64,000 nucleotides of DNA from Squalus acanthias (lineage: Eukaryota): contig CM059433.1 of assembly GCA_030390025.1 (NCBI GenBank), positions 30,010,001-30,074,000 on the forward strand. Reading direction: 5' to 3'. The notes beneath the pieces are model-generated. The model did no database searches. It was given only the letters and a program-made list of their open reading frames with translations, and was not told where the DNA came from. Shown here piece by piece: positions 1-11,792 of this stretch. How positions within the stretch are numbered: the first letter of the stretch is position 1; each line of letters opens with the position of its first letter. A program made the translations under genes and the position numbers.

Positions 1-296
1 CCCCGCAGACCCACGGCTCGCCTCGCTGACCCAGGCGCGGTTCGGAGCCGTCGGGAAGTCCACACTTTAGGTGGCAAAATAGGGATTAGCCAAAAACCTG
101 TCTATTAACTACCTGTTAACAGGCAGTTAATTGGCACTAATCCCCTTCCTGCCTCGAGGAGACGGGTACCCGCCTCTTGGGAAGATGGCACGGAGGCGGG
201 TTGGGGGCGGAATGCGTACCCGCTCCCAGATTCTGCCATTTTCCCGGCAGTCCCGCCTCCATACCCACCTCCCCAGGGCTGGCAAAATCGCCCCCC
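1..296. mobile_element. Right end of a Harbinger-type element or MITE
   Basis: Ends CTGGCAAAATCGCCCCC, similar to the TIR of the 11513-14784 element. CpG-rich. Confidence 0.55.
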
Positions 297-389
297 ATGT
301 CTTTGAAAGAGCCGGCACAGACTCGATGGGCCAAATGGCCTCCTTCTGTGCTATTCTGTACTATTCTATGATTCTATCTCACCTCTGGC

Positions 390-2419
390 TCTTTTGCCAA
401 TTATTTTAAATCTGTGTCCTCTTCTGCCACTGGAAACGGTTTCTCCTTATTCTATCAAAACCATTCATGATTTTGAACGCCTCAATTAAATTTCCCCTTA
501 ACCTTCTCTGCCCTAAGGAGAACAATCCCAGCTTCTCTAGTCTCTCCACATAACTGAATAAAGTCCCTTATCCCTGGTACCATTCGAGTAAATCTTCTCT
601 TTACCCACTCCAAGGCCTTGACAGCCTTCCTAAATTGTGGTGCCCAGAATTGAACGCAATATTCTAGCTGGGCCCTAACTAGTGATTTATAAAGGTTTGA
701 CATAACTTCCTTACTTTTGGACTCTAGGCCGCGATTTTGCCGGCGCTCAGAGGGCGGGTTTGGAGGCAGGTCAGAGGTTAAAGTCGTTTTGATTGACAAC
801 GGGTTCCGCACCCGCCGTCAACCTGCCTCCACACAACCTTCCCAAGCGTCGGGTCCCCGCTTTGTGAATGGACCCGACACCTAGCGGCGGGAAACGGATT
901 AAAGGCAATTAACTGCCTATTAACAGGTACTTGTGAGCAATTTTCAGGGTCTTTTTTCGATTTTCCAGCTTCTGGGTCGGATTTTACGACGTCCGGACAA
1001 CACGCCAGGTAAGTGTGTCGTGTTGTGAGTCTGGTCTGATGTTTGTGAAAAGATGACAGCTGCAGAAGTGGTGTCAAGGATGCCATGTCACAGATGGTAA
1101 GTTTCAGAGCAAAGAAAATGTTGGTTACTGCATTTTTAATACATATACAGATTTCTTTAGCTTACAAGTTTTTAAATCCAACTGTATGTCCAGTGCCACC
1201 TCATTGGGAGAACCTCTCTCACCAGTGACAGATTGCTTCTGTCATCTCACCTGCAGCTGCCATCTATTCCAGCAACATCGGAGCCAATGAAACAATCAGA
1301 ACTTGGTCCTCCGAATCCTTCATCCCCAACACCAACATCACCACCCTCATCACCAACCTTCGCCACCATCACCTGATGCTGCACTGGACACAGGGCATCA
1401 GACCCTGACAAAATTGCTGGCCGGGAGGCCAGCGATGGCATCACCATGGCCAGACTTTCTTCACTTGATGCTGTAAACCCTGGCTGCCACATGATGCGCC
1501 AGGTTGACACCATCCCACACCAGCACCGTGAAGCATCCCTTTAATGTCCAAGCCATTCCATGCACACACATCACGATAGCGGGGGGGGGGCGGTGGGGGG
1601 AGTTATGACTGAACAATCACTGGAACTCAGTAAGACACTTCTCAATGTGCGCTCAGATCTGTCCAATAAGGGGCACTTTTTGAAAAAGAGATTTCACCAT
1701 ATGACAACACATTACCAGAAACTTCACATGGACATTGGCTAAACCTTTCAAGCACCCTCCCTTGTGTGTTGTTAGTTGGTATGCTTGCAGTAGAATGAGG
1801 GTGAGTGTGAGGGGTGGCTAGTGAGATGGGGAAGTGATAAAGTAGATAGAGAGGATTGGTGGAGCTGCAAGGTAAGTTGGTGTCCTGGGGAGGTCTCTTC
1901 CGCCCTTGGAAGGGAAGAGAACCTCCCTGCGTACTGTGACTCCCTCCATAAGCATATGGAGAGAGTCATTGGAGAGCCTGGGTGCAAGAGTTCACCTTTG
2001 TGCAGTGATTGTCAGTGTTTTCAGCACCTCAATGCTGTCAAACACTGAAAAATCAATTGTCAAAATAAAATTGTGCATGATCCCTTTAAGGAAACCGACA
2101 GATGACGCGTCATCAAATGACGTCATCAGACCCGCTTCCTGTTAATTGTCCTGTAAACCCGCAGGGCGGGCTTAACAAGGCCAATCAAGGAAAAATCACA
2201 TCAGTAGAGCGGAGGCAGCTGGGGGCGAGACTGGAACCCGGAAACCAGCTGACCCGCACCCATCCCGACACCGATGAGAAAATCGCGGCCTATGACTCTG
2301 TTTATAAATCCAATTATCCTGTATGCTTTTTTAACAGCCTTATCAACTTGTCCTGCCACCTTCAATGATTTGTGTACATACACCCCCAGGTCTCTCTGTT
2401 CCTGCACCCCCTTTAAAAT
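390..2419 (-). mobile_element. CR1 3' fragment split by the Harbinger insertion (pieces 390-726 and 2291-2419)
   Basis: Encodes KSLKVAGQVDKAVKKAY on one side and LYKSLVRAQLEYCVQFWAP on the other. Confidence 0.8.
727..2290. mobile_element. Degenerate non-autonomous Harbinger element inserted into a CR1 LINE
   Basis: 12-bp perfect TIRs GGCCGCGATTTT / AAAATCGCGGCC. A minus-strand Myb N-terminal remnant (APRLSNDSLHMLMEGVTVRREVLFPS) lies at about 1900-1990. CR1 sequence resumes on both sides with TA duplicated. Confidence 0.75.
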
Positions 2420-2963
2420 GGTCCAGCAAATTGCAGAGGATCGGAACTCACAGCATATCTCAGTTTCTCCGCTGATCACTGGAATTGTTTTATGAATAGA
2501 TAAGGGCGTATGACGTTAAAGTGTCATTACTCTGACATGACTTCCCAGCAATTTCAAGCCCAATATCTACATAAATGTACATTCGCATGACTGTAGAGAT
2601 GAAGCGCCACAGCTATCTTGGTCCTCCCAGGCAGAGAATCGTGTGAGGTAAATAAATCACGTGGTTACCAGGTGAACAAGGGCCCACTTGCACCATTATT
2701 CTAAGTGGCTGCGGTCAAAAAACTAGCGTAAATCCAGGAGATTTGCAATCACCTTTGACGTGAATGGGGGTGGGGGTGGGAGCTACAATAATTAGCTGCT
2801 CACAATTACGGTGAGGGTATCGGTCCCAGGAAATTACGGTGCAGCGTGAATAATGGCATAACTCACCCGTGCCGTAATTTCCTGGGACCTTTGCACTAGA
2901 AAGCGGACGCAATGCTGTAGATGCGCAGTTCCAATGGCGCAAGTCTCCAGGAAATTCTGGACC
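2420..2963. mobile_element. MITE with imperfect TIRs, inserted in CR1
   Basis: GGTCCAGCAAATT ... AAATTCTGGACC; CpG-rich interior. Confidence 0.55.
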
Positions 2964-3094
2964 ATTGTACTGCACAGCACTTACACTTAGGAAATGCAAC
3001 TGACTTTTGACTGCAGGGTGCTTGTGGGAGGAATGCATCGATACACCCCGATTTCTTAGCCTGATTGGAGCGATGCAAGTCATGTGGTTGTAGG

Positions 3095-4250
3095 TGTTGG
3101 GGGAATGATCCGCAAGTTTGCAGACAATACCAAGATATGCCCGAGAGTCAGGACTGCAGGGGATGCTCAACTACTACAAGCAGATCCAGATGTGCTGGGG
3201 GATTGGGCTTGTGATGTTTAACTTAGAAAAGTGTAGTGTTATGCACATGGACAGGTCAAATGCTGAACATACATACCCTCGACAGGAAACAAAGTTTAAG
3301 CCAGTGGTGAAAGAAAGATATATGGACATTTTAGTGCATCAATCTCTAAAGGTTCATGACCAATGCCATGAAGCTATAGCTAAAGTGAATAGGGTGCTAG
3401 GGTTTATTTACAGGAAAATTCACTACAAAACATAGCACACCATGTTGTCCTTGTACAAGAGCTTGCTTAGGCTTCAGTTAGAATACTGAGTCTGGTTTTG
3501 GTCTCCTCACACGGTGGGGGACGTTGAGGCTTTGGAAATGCTGCAGAGGAGGAGCACACGATTAATTCCCAATTTAAAGTATCTTAGTGAACCAAACAGG
3601 CTCAAAAAGCTGGGACTCTACACTTCAGAGAAACATAAGAAATAGGAACAGGAGTAGGCCATACGGCCCCTCGAGCCTGCTCTGCCATTCAATAAGATCA
3701 TGGCTGATCTTTAACCTTGATTCCCCTAGAGTCCAAAAATCTATCAATCTCTGTCTTGAATATACGCAACGACTGAGCATCCACAGCCCTCTGGGGTAGA
3801 GAATTCCAAAGATTCATAATCCTCTGAGTGAAGAACTTTTTCCTCATCTCAGTCCTAAATGGCCGACCCCTTACCTGAGACTATGCCCCCTAGTTCTAGA
3901 CTCTCTAGCCAGAGAAGCCTAGAATTAGGGCTGATTTGATCAAGGTTTATCAGATAATGAAGGGACTATGATGATTATGTTTGTGTAGGCCAATTGTTTC
4001 AACTGAATAGGTTAGGGAGGACCAAGGGTCACTTTAACAAGTTATGTAAGACAAAAAAGGTTAGATGTCAGGAGGTGGTTCTTATCCCAGAGAATAGTGA
4101 ACCTCTGGAACAGGCTGTCATTTTCTGTGTTTTACACCGATACTCTACATTCCATCAGGCAAGAGCTGGACCTGTTTCTGGCTGGGGCGAAGAGCACCTT
4201 GTACAAGAGGTAGGTACCTGGTAACATTAATCAGGGCCAGCCTGGTCTCC
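3095..4250 (+). mobile_element. Old CR1-type LINE fragment with a younger minus-strand CR1 tail inserted at about 3630-3910
   Basis: Degenerate KFAD.. and FNLEKCSVMH motifs; the inserted piece matches the 44.98-45.3-kb family. Confidence 0.7.
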
Positions 4251-5189
4251 TGAACTAGTTTTGAGGTGGTGGGGGGGGGGCGGGGGGAGGCGGTGGTTGT
4301 TGAAGAGGAATTTTCCAGATTTTTCTCTCCTAATTGGCCTGGGTATTTATCTGGTATTTTGCCTCTCCCAGGAGATCTCATGGGGTGGGAAGTGTCTTAT
4401 TGTTATACACAACTCTATGAGGCAGGCTGGATGGACCAGAGTGTTCATCATTTTCCGTATGTTTGTATGGGGTTGAGGTAGCTTATTTGGTCTTAGGCCT
4501 GAGGATGGGGCGAGGTCACACACACTGAACAGCTGTGTTTTTTAAAAATTTGTGGATATCAGTGCTTGCAGAACTTTGTTAAAGTTTTATTGTTAAATAC
4601 ACATTGTTCAGATTTGCAGGAAAGAGGAATTTTACCCCATACGATCACTGTCTTTAAACCAATGACCTCGGCGTAGAAATGACTCTGAGCATCATTTTTA
4701 ATTCCTTGGTAAACACATTGGTAAAATTTCTAGCTGTGACCAAAGTCCTTAGGTTTTAAGGTGCATCTTAAAGGAGGACAGGGAGGTAGAGAGAAGGAGA
4801 GGTTTAGTAAGGGAATTCCAGAGCTTAGGGCCAAGGCAGCTGATGGCACGACCGCCAATGGTGGAGCGATTAAAATCGGGGATACGTAAGAGGTCAGAAT
4901 TGGAGGGCTGTAGGGCTGGAGGAGGTTACAGAGACAGGGAGAATCAAGGTTATGGAGAGATTTGAAAACAAGGATGAGAATTTTAACATCCAGGCATTGA
5001 GATAATTGGAGGAACGGGGCGAGAAGAAACAAAAAAAAGAGAAGAAATTCAAGTTTCATTACAGAACAGTAGTTTGAAGTGAGTACTTGAACTATTAAAG
5101 CCATTAGTGCCCTCCAACTTAACAGGCTCGTGACCTTACCTGTTATGCTTCCCTCTGCCATTTGTTTCAATAGGGGATTTGTTTCAAAT

Positions 5190-5617
5190 GGGCAACACGG
5201 TGGCATAGTGGTTAGCACTGGTGTCTCACAGCGCCAGGGACCCGGGTTCGAATCTGACCTCGGGTGACTGTCTGTGTGGAGTTTGCACATTCTCTCCGTG
5301 TCTGCGTGGGTTTCCTCCGAGTGCTCCGGTTTCCTCCCACAGTCCAAAAATGTGTGGGTTAGGTTGATTTGGCTATGATAAATTGACCCTTAGTGTTAGG
5401 GGGGGATTAAATATGTGGGGTTATGGGGATAGGATGGGATATGTTAGGGGGAATTAAATACGTGGGGTTACGGGGTTAGGGTGGGATATGTGTACTGTGG
5501 GGATTAAAGCAGGGACAGGGTATTGGATTTGGATGATCAGCCATGATCGTATTGAATGGTGGAGCAGGCTCGACGGGCCGAATGGCCTACTCCTGCTCCT
5601 AGATTCTATGTTTCTAT
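5190..5617 (+). mobile_element. HE1-type V-SINE (tRNA-derived head, V domain, CR1-derived tail)
   Basis: A box TGGCATAGTGG, B box GGTTCGAATC, V domain gtggagtttgcacattctc..gggtttcctccg, and a CR1-like 3' tail. Confidence 0.88.
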
Positions 5618-5708
5618 TTGCTGTCCTTCCATCATTGGTTCAGATGAAGGTTCTACACGCAAAATGTGAACCCAATTTTCTTTCTCTTTCCACCTGCTGA
5701 CAGACATA

Positions 5709-6248
5709 GGCTAGAAATTCAGCTCTTTTGCGCCTGCCGTTAGCGCCTCCGGGGGCACTAACGGGCCACAAAGGGCTTATCGCCTGGGGGGGTGGGGGGC
5801 AACGAAAAAAGCACCTCCCGAGAAATTCGGCGGGGCGTTGCTGAGGCGCTACCCGATAGCACCGCGCCCCCGCCGGTAGCACCCCGGGCCACTGCGCCGC
5901 CGGCGATGACGTCGCGAGCCAGGCCGACCTCCGCTCGCAGGGCGGTATTTAAAGGGGAGGTGTAGCCGTGACACCACGCCGCCCTGGAGGCCTAGTGTGA
6001 GCCATCGGAGGCCCTGCAGAGTGCGCAGCGGCCCTCCCCTTTAACCACGGAGCGCTGCCGATCACCCCCTGACATCGCCTCGGTTACCACTCCACCAGGA
6101 AGTGGAGTGCACGAGATTGCGCTCCACTTCCTGTGCAGGGCGGTAAGCCGAATTTAGCGGCCGGGGCGGTACTTCTGCGCCTGGTGCTAAATGTCCGGCC
6201 TTAACTCAGTTACTGCCCCCAAACGGGGTGTAACTGAATTTTGCGCCC
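5709..6248. mobile_element. GC-rich MITE with Harbinger-like TIRs
   Basis: GGCTAGAAATTCAG ... CTGAATTTTGCGCCC, flanked by TA; very CpG-rich. Confidence 0.6.
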
Positions 6249-6521
6249 TATATAGTGTACAATTCTATCTTCATTGTTTGAGCGTGAATGTGACTCTCCC
6301 TCAGCTATAGATGAGCACAGTCTGCAGCAGGGGGCGCTGTTCTCAAAGGCTCAGGCAGTCAGTTTGACTTCAGCATAAATAGCCATTAAAAAGTTGCTCT
6401 GATGGGAAAAAAGAGAATAGGAGCTTCTGATGAAACACAGCCATCCATGGCAACTGCTGCTGTGTTCATGCACTTACATTGTTGGATAGCTGCTTCCCAC
6501 AGCATGTTTCATTTCTATCCT

Positions 6522-6988
6522 GAGAAAGAAAAAAACATGCATTTATATAGCGCCATTAATCACCTCAGGACGTCCCAAAGCGCTTTACAGCAATGAAGTA
6601 CTTTTGAAGTGTAGTCACTATTGTAATGTAGAAAAACAGCAGCCAATTTTCTGCACAGCAAGCTCCCACAAACAGCAGTGTGATAAATGACCAGATCATC
6701 CTGTTTTAGTGATGTTAGTTGAGTGATAAATATTGGTCCAGGAGAACTCCCCTGCTCTTCTTCAAAACGTTGCCATGGGATCTTTAACGTCCACCTGAGA
6801 GGGCAGACTGGGCCTTGGTTTAACGTCCTATCCGAAAGGCGACACCTCCAACAGTGCAGCACTCCCTCAGTACCGGCACTGGGAGTGTCAGCCTGGATTT
6901 TGTGTACAAGTCTCAGAAATGGGATTTCGAACCCGCAACCTTTTGCCTCAGAAGCGTAAGTGCTATCAACCGAACCACTGTTGAGACG
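6522..6988 (-). mobile_element. SacSINE1-like DeuSINE
   Basis: Reverse-strand copy of the same consensus; a further partial copy is at 7606-7922. Confidence 0.8.
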
Positions 6989-8451
6989 GAAGATGGATAT
7001 TTAAACTGGTAAAACTCCAAAGAAACCTCACTCACATTCTACAGATCAGCCATGATCTAATTGAATGGGGGGACAGGTTTGAAGGGCTGAATGGCTCCTC
7101 CTGGTCCTATGTTCCTATATTTCTATGTTCCAGATCAAGGAGACGATCTGGAAGAAAGGCAGGTGGGGGGTGCTGGGGATATATGGGTAGGAATGGGTAC
7201 TTCACTTGACAATAATCACAAATAAAGTGGAGGTGTCGACAGTGATTCATGTTGGAAATTGTTGACACGGCATCTTTAAATTATGCCGAGCTCAGATAAT
7301 ATTTAGAGGTTAGCCGGATAAACAGAGTTTCATAACAGGCTTAAGACGCTGCCTTTTTAAGTCATGTTGAAGTGAGTCACCAGCTCAGTAATCTGGATTA
7401 TGTTCTTTATGCTTCACTCTTAAATTCAATGAAGGTCGACATGATGTATTGGTCACATGCACTGGTATCAAGTTGTACTTTCTACAGTCTGTTTATCTTT
7501 CCCCTACATAGTCAAAACTTGGTTATTCCTATCTGCATAATCAGATTTATACACAAGGCATATATAGATCTGACATTTGTTTTTCGTGGTGATCATACGT
7601 TCACTAAGAAAGAACGACTTGCATTTATATAACGCCTTTCACATCCTCAGGACGTCCCAAAGCACTTCACGGCCAATGAAGTACTTTTGAAGTTTTGTCA
7701 TGTAGGAAACGCGTTAGCCAATTTGCACACAGCAAAGTCCCACAAACAGCAATGTGACAATAACCAGATAATCTGTTTTTAGTTGTCGGTGGAGGGATAA
7801 ATATTGGCCAGGACACCAGAGAGAACTCCCCCCTGCTCCTCATCGAAATAGTGCCTTGGGATCTTTTATGTTCACCTGAGAGGGCAGATGGAGCCTCGGT
7901 TTAACGTCTCATCCAAAAGATGGGAGGATGGGAAGCTAATGGAGACCAGTGGGGAAATAGGGGCGATAAGTAGGTGGGACTGTGTGGATAGGATATCAGC
8001 AGCAGAGTTTATGTAACAGCCTTGACACGATAAAGGCACAGACGAGGGTTTCAGCCAGGGGCTGTTATCAGGACTTAAATGGGCAACGTTGCAAAGTTGA
8101 AGTAGGTGATCTTGGTGAGGGGCAAAATGTGGCCTTTGATACGTAGTTCGAGGTCAAACAGGACACCGAGGTGGCGCAGAATCGTGCAACAGAGGATCCA
8201 AAAACCTGATAAGCAGGCCCCAAGTCCACTTGGTGCCTGAATCCTTCTGGCTTTGAATGTGTGACTGGGTTTGTTTGCCATGCCAGGCTGCTTGCCCACG
8301 TTCCAGGCCTCAGAATTCATACAGAAATATTTCATTGAGTACTGGCTACAATTTCCCAATGTCATTTAGCGCCAGGATCGCACTTTCTGTTTTCAAATCC
8401 CACTTTGAAATGGACGCAAGAGAAGTAGCTTCTACGCTGGAGTTCTTTAGG

Positions 8452-8652
8452 GAGAAGTCGCACAGCACCAGGTTATAGTCCAACAGTTTTATTTGAAATC
8501 ACAAGCTTTCAGAGCGCTGCTCCTTCATCAGGTGACGAAGGAGCAGCGCTCCGAAAGCTTGTGATTTCAAATAAAACTGTTGGACTATAACCTGGTGTTG
8601 TGCGACTTCTCACATTTGTCCACCCCAGTCCAACACCGGCATCTCCACATCA
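8452..8652 (+). mobile_element. Second palindromic mini Penelope insertion
   Basis: Near-perfect inverted repeat of about 80 bp of the same pseudo-LTR, with the same terminal extension (CCCCAGTCCAACACCGGCATCTCCACATCA). TSD TTCTTTAGGGAGA at 8443-8455 and 8653-8665. Confidence 0.85.
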
Positions 8653-9002
8653 TTCTTTAGGGAGAGCGTGCTTGGTATGTTTTTGTTTCACACGCTCATA
8701 CAGCCTTTTTAGTATTGTTTTCATTAAGGCGGGACGATAGAGTTGAGGTACAGATCAGCCATGATAAATAGAGTGGCGGAACAAGCTCGAGGGGCTGAAT
8801 GGCCTCCTCCTGATACCATTACATTATCCAATCACACTGTCAGTTCTCCCGCCATCGGCTGCACCAGGAAATATAAAAGTACCGACATACCTCGCTCCAA
8901 GCTGGCGCGGAAGTCATCTCCTCTTGGCTCTTATGAACTGCCTCTGGATTCACTGGCTCCGCGTCTGGCTGCTGCCTGATGGAGAATGGCCCCAGATAGC
9001 AA

Positions 9003-9690
9003 CACACATCTTTAAAAGTAGCGACACAAGCTAACAAGGCCATAAAAAATGCAAACCAAGCACTGGGGTTCATTTCTAGAGAGATAGAATTGAAAAGGAA
9101 GGAAGTCATGTTAAACGTGTATAGAACCTTGTTTATACCACATTTAGACTGGTCACAGTTCTGGTCTCCATATTATAAAAAGGATATAGGGGCCCTGGAG
9201 AAGGTGTAAAAGAGATTTACAAGGGTAATACCAGAACTGAGAGGTTATAACTATCAGGAAAGGCTGAACAGGCTGGAGCTCTTTTCTCTAGAAAAGTGAA
9301 GGCTGAGGGGTGACCTGATAGAGGTCTTTAAAGTTATGAACGGGTTCAATAGGGTAGACACAGAGAAGATGTTTCCACTTGTAGAAGAGTCCAAAACTAG
9401 GGGTCATAAATATAAGATAGTCACTAATAAATCCAATAAGGAATTCAGGAGAAACTTCTTTACTCAGAGAGTGGTGAGATTGTGGAACTCGCTACCATAA
9501 GGAATGGTTGAGGTGAATAGCATCGATGCATTTAAGCAGAAACTAGATAAACACATGAGGGAGAAAGAAATAGAGGGATATGTTGATACGGTTAGATGAA
9601 GAGGGGTGGGAGGAGGCTCGTGTGGAGCATAAACATCACCATAGACCAGTTGGGCTGAATGGCCTGTTTCTGTGCTGTACATTCGATGTA
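9003..9690 (+). mobile_element. CR1 3' fragment
   Basis: RT C-terminal homology plus CR1 3'UTR (tgggctgaatggcctgtttctgtgctgta). A shorter sister copy is at 11007-11230. Confidence 0.8.
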
Positions 9691-9840
9691 AAAAAATGAG
9701 GAAGAGCAGCCCCAGGAAGGTGGCATGCTCCCAAATGCATAGCTACAAAATAAAAGAGCCTCAACATTTATCAACAAAGTTGCTTCAAGACACTTATTTA
9801 GCTTCATCAGGCCCTCTCCTCACCCATTTAGGGCTTCTAA

Positions 9841-10292
9841 TGTCAGCCATGACTCAGTGGGTAGCACTCTCACCTCTGAATCAGAAGGTTGTGGGTTCAA
9901 ATCCAACTCCAGTGACTTGAGCACATAGGCTGGCACTCCCAGTGCAGTACTGTCGGAGGTGCCGTCTTTCGGAGGAGATGTTAAACCGAGGCCCCGTCTG
10001 CTCTCTCTGGTGGACGTAAAAGATCCCATGGCACTATTTTGAAGAAGAGCAGGGGAATTATCCCCGGTGTCCTGGCCAATGTTTATCCCTCAATCAACAT
10101 AACAAAAAAATAGATTATCTGGCCATTATCACATTGCTGTCTGTGGGAGCTTGCTGAGCGCTAATTGGCTGCCACGTTTCCCACATTACAACAGTGACTA
10201 CACTTCAAAAATGTACTTCATTGGCTGTAAAGCACTTTGGGACATCCTGAGGTGATGAAAGGCGCTATAGAAATGCAGCTTCTTTCCTTCTT
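9841..10292 (+). mobile_element. SacSINE1-like DeuSINE
   Basis: tRNA-like head, Deu-domain core (gtaaaagatcccatggcactattt..gaagagcagggg..gtgtcctggccaa) and L2-like tail. Flanked by a direct repeat of about 25 bp, ctcctcacccattt(a/t)gggctt(c/t)taa. Confidence 0.85.
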
Positions 10293-11792
10293 TCTCCTCA
10301 CCCATTTTGGGCTTTTAAGTCATTTACCAGAACCTCCTCCAATACATTTGTTCCCCACAAGATAAATCCAAATGTATTAGGATGCCAATCAAAACTCACT
10401 GGTGACACTGTGCAGACTGAGACTGTTCTACCTTGGCTTGCTTGTAAAGCACAGTCAGCAGTAGACTGCAAGCTGACGATCAAATATAGAATAAAGTATT
10501 GGGTAACAGATACCTCAAATTGTGGTACAAGGCTGTAATTCAATCAAGGGTTTGAATTACTTCATAAACCTAAATTAAAACGCAAACAGTTTATATCACC
10601 TACACCCCATAATACAGTGTGTCCTTTTAACATACTTCTAGTGATATGTTTTATACAAAACTGACATCAGTTATTACAATTAATGTTGAACCAATAATGG
10701 CTTGCCTGGCACATAATTCTCATGGATAACAGACTGTTTGCTTTGACATGCTCTTTACTGTCGTTATGGGAACTTTTCATAGATCTCTCCTCAAAGATGT
10801 TTAGCTGTAACTTGAATGCTAGAATGTACTAAAGCAGTGTTTCTCAAACTGAAATTGGGTCATGGTAGACAGTATTCCCGGCTCGTGGAAACCATTATTG
10901 CAAATTGCATAACACCCCACAACTCACCAGGGCTTAACAAATTTCTGTTCTGTGACTGCTATGTGATAGAAATAATCCTGTATAACCCACATGAATAACA
11001 GTAGTTTGAATGTGGAACTCGCTACCACAAGGAGTGGTTGAGGCGAATAGCGTAGATGCATTTAAGGAGAAACTAGATAAACACATGAGGGAGAAAGGAA
11101 TAGAAGGATATGCTGATAGGGTTAGATGAAGAGAGGTGGGAGGAGGCTCGTGAGGAGCATAAACACTGGCATGGACCTGTTGGGCTGGATGGCCCGTTTC
11201 TGTGCTGTACATTCTATGTAATTCTATGTACATCCCAGATGAAGACATTATGGTATGGGCTGAGAGCTTTTAATTTCTAAAAAGTTGTTTAAAGAGCATG
11301 TTGATACCCTTGTGAGTTGTGGCAGTAAACTTAGGGTCACCATGTCAAATAAGTTGGGAACCACTTTTCTAGAGGTTAAGAGAGATGCACAGCTTCTTCA
11401 ACCACAAGGAATAGGGAGAAGCCACATAGGTATGCTAGGCTCAAACATACAATTCAGTTAATCTGTGCAGTCACTCTCTTGCTGACTTTCCCTTCCTGTT
11501 AGGAGACACCTCGGGCTCGATTTTGCCAGTGTGGGCGGGCTGGGGTGTGTCAGGTGGCATTCGTGTCAGGACCCCGACTCTGAAGTGAAGTGGGGAAAAA
11601 GTGCGATTTTCCCCAAATTGGGCAATTGATATCCAGCGTGTGGGAACCCCTGGCCCAATGAGTCTATTCATACAGAAGGTCGCCTCTGATGACGTCATCA
11701 ATGCTGCTGGATTTAAGGCCTGCAAGCAGTCTTGCTTCTTCTGGAGACTGCAAACTTTATGGTGATTGAAGTAAGGACTTCATTGATCGACT

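Noticed and set aside
5190..5270. tRNA gene
   Set aside because: The A and B boxes belong to the head of a V-SINE continuous with its body. The same applies to 54.6 kb and the DeuSINE heads.
4730..5347. 205-aa minus-strand ORF
   Set aside because: It is a chimeric read-through of antisense SINE, unique sequence and an L2 fragment.
5709..6248. CpG-island promoter
   Set aside because: It is bounded by inverted termini like the other MITEs, with no associated exon. The same applies to 27650-28394.
8826..8915. Promoter (CCAAT, TATAAAA, GCGGAAGT)
   Set aside because: The motifs are short, there is no CpG island, and no downstream plus-strand exon is visible.
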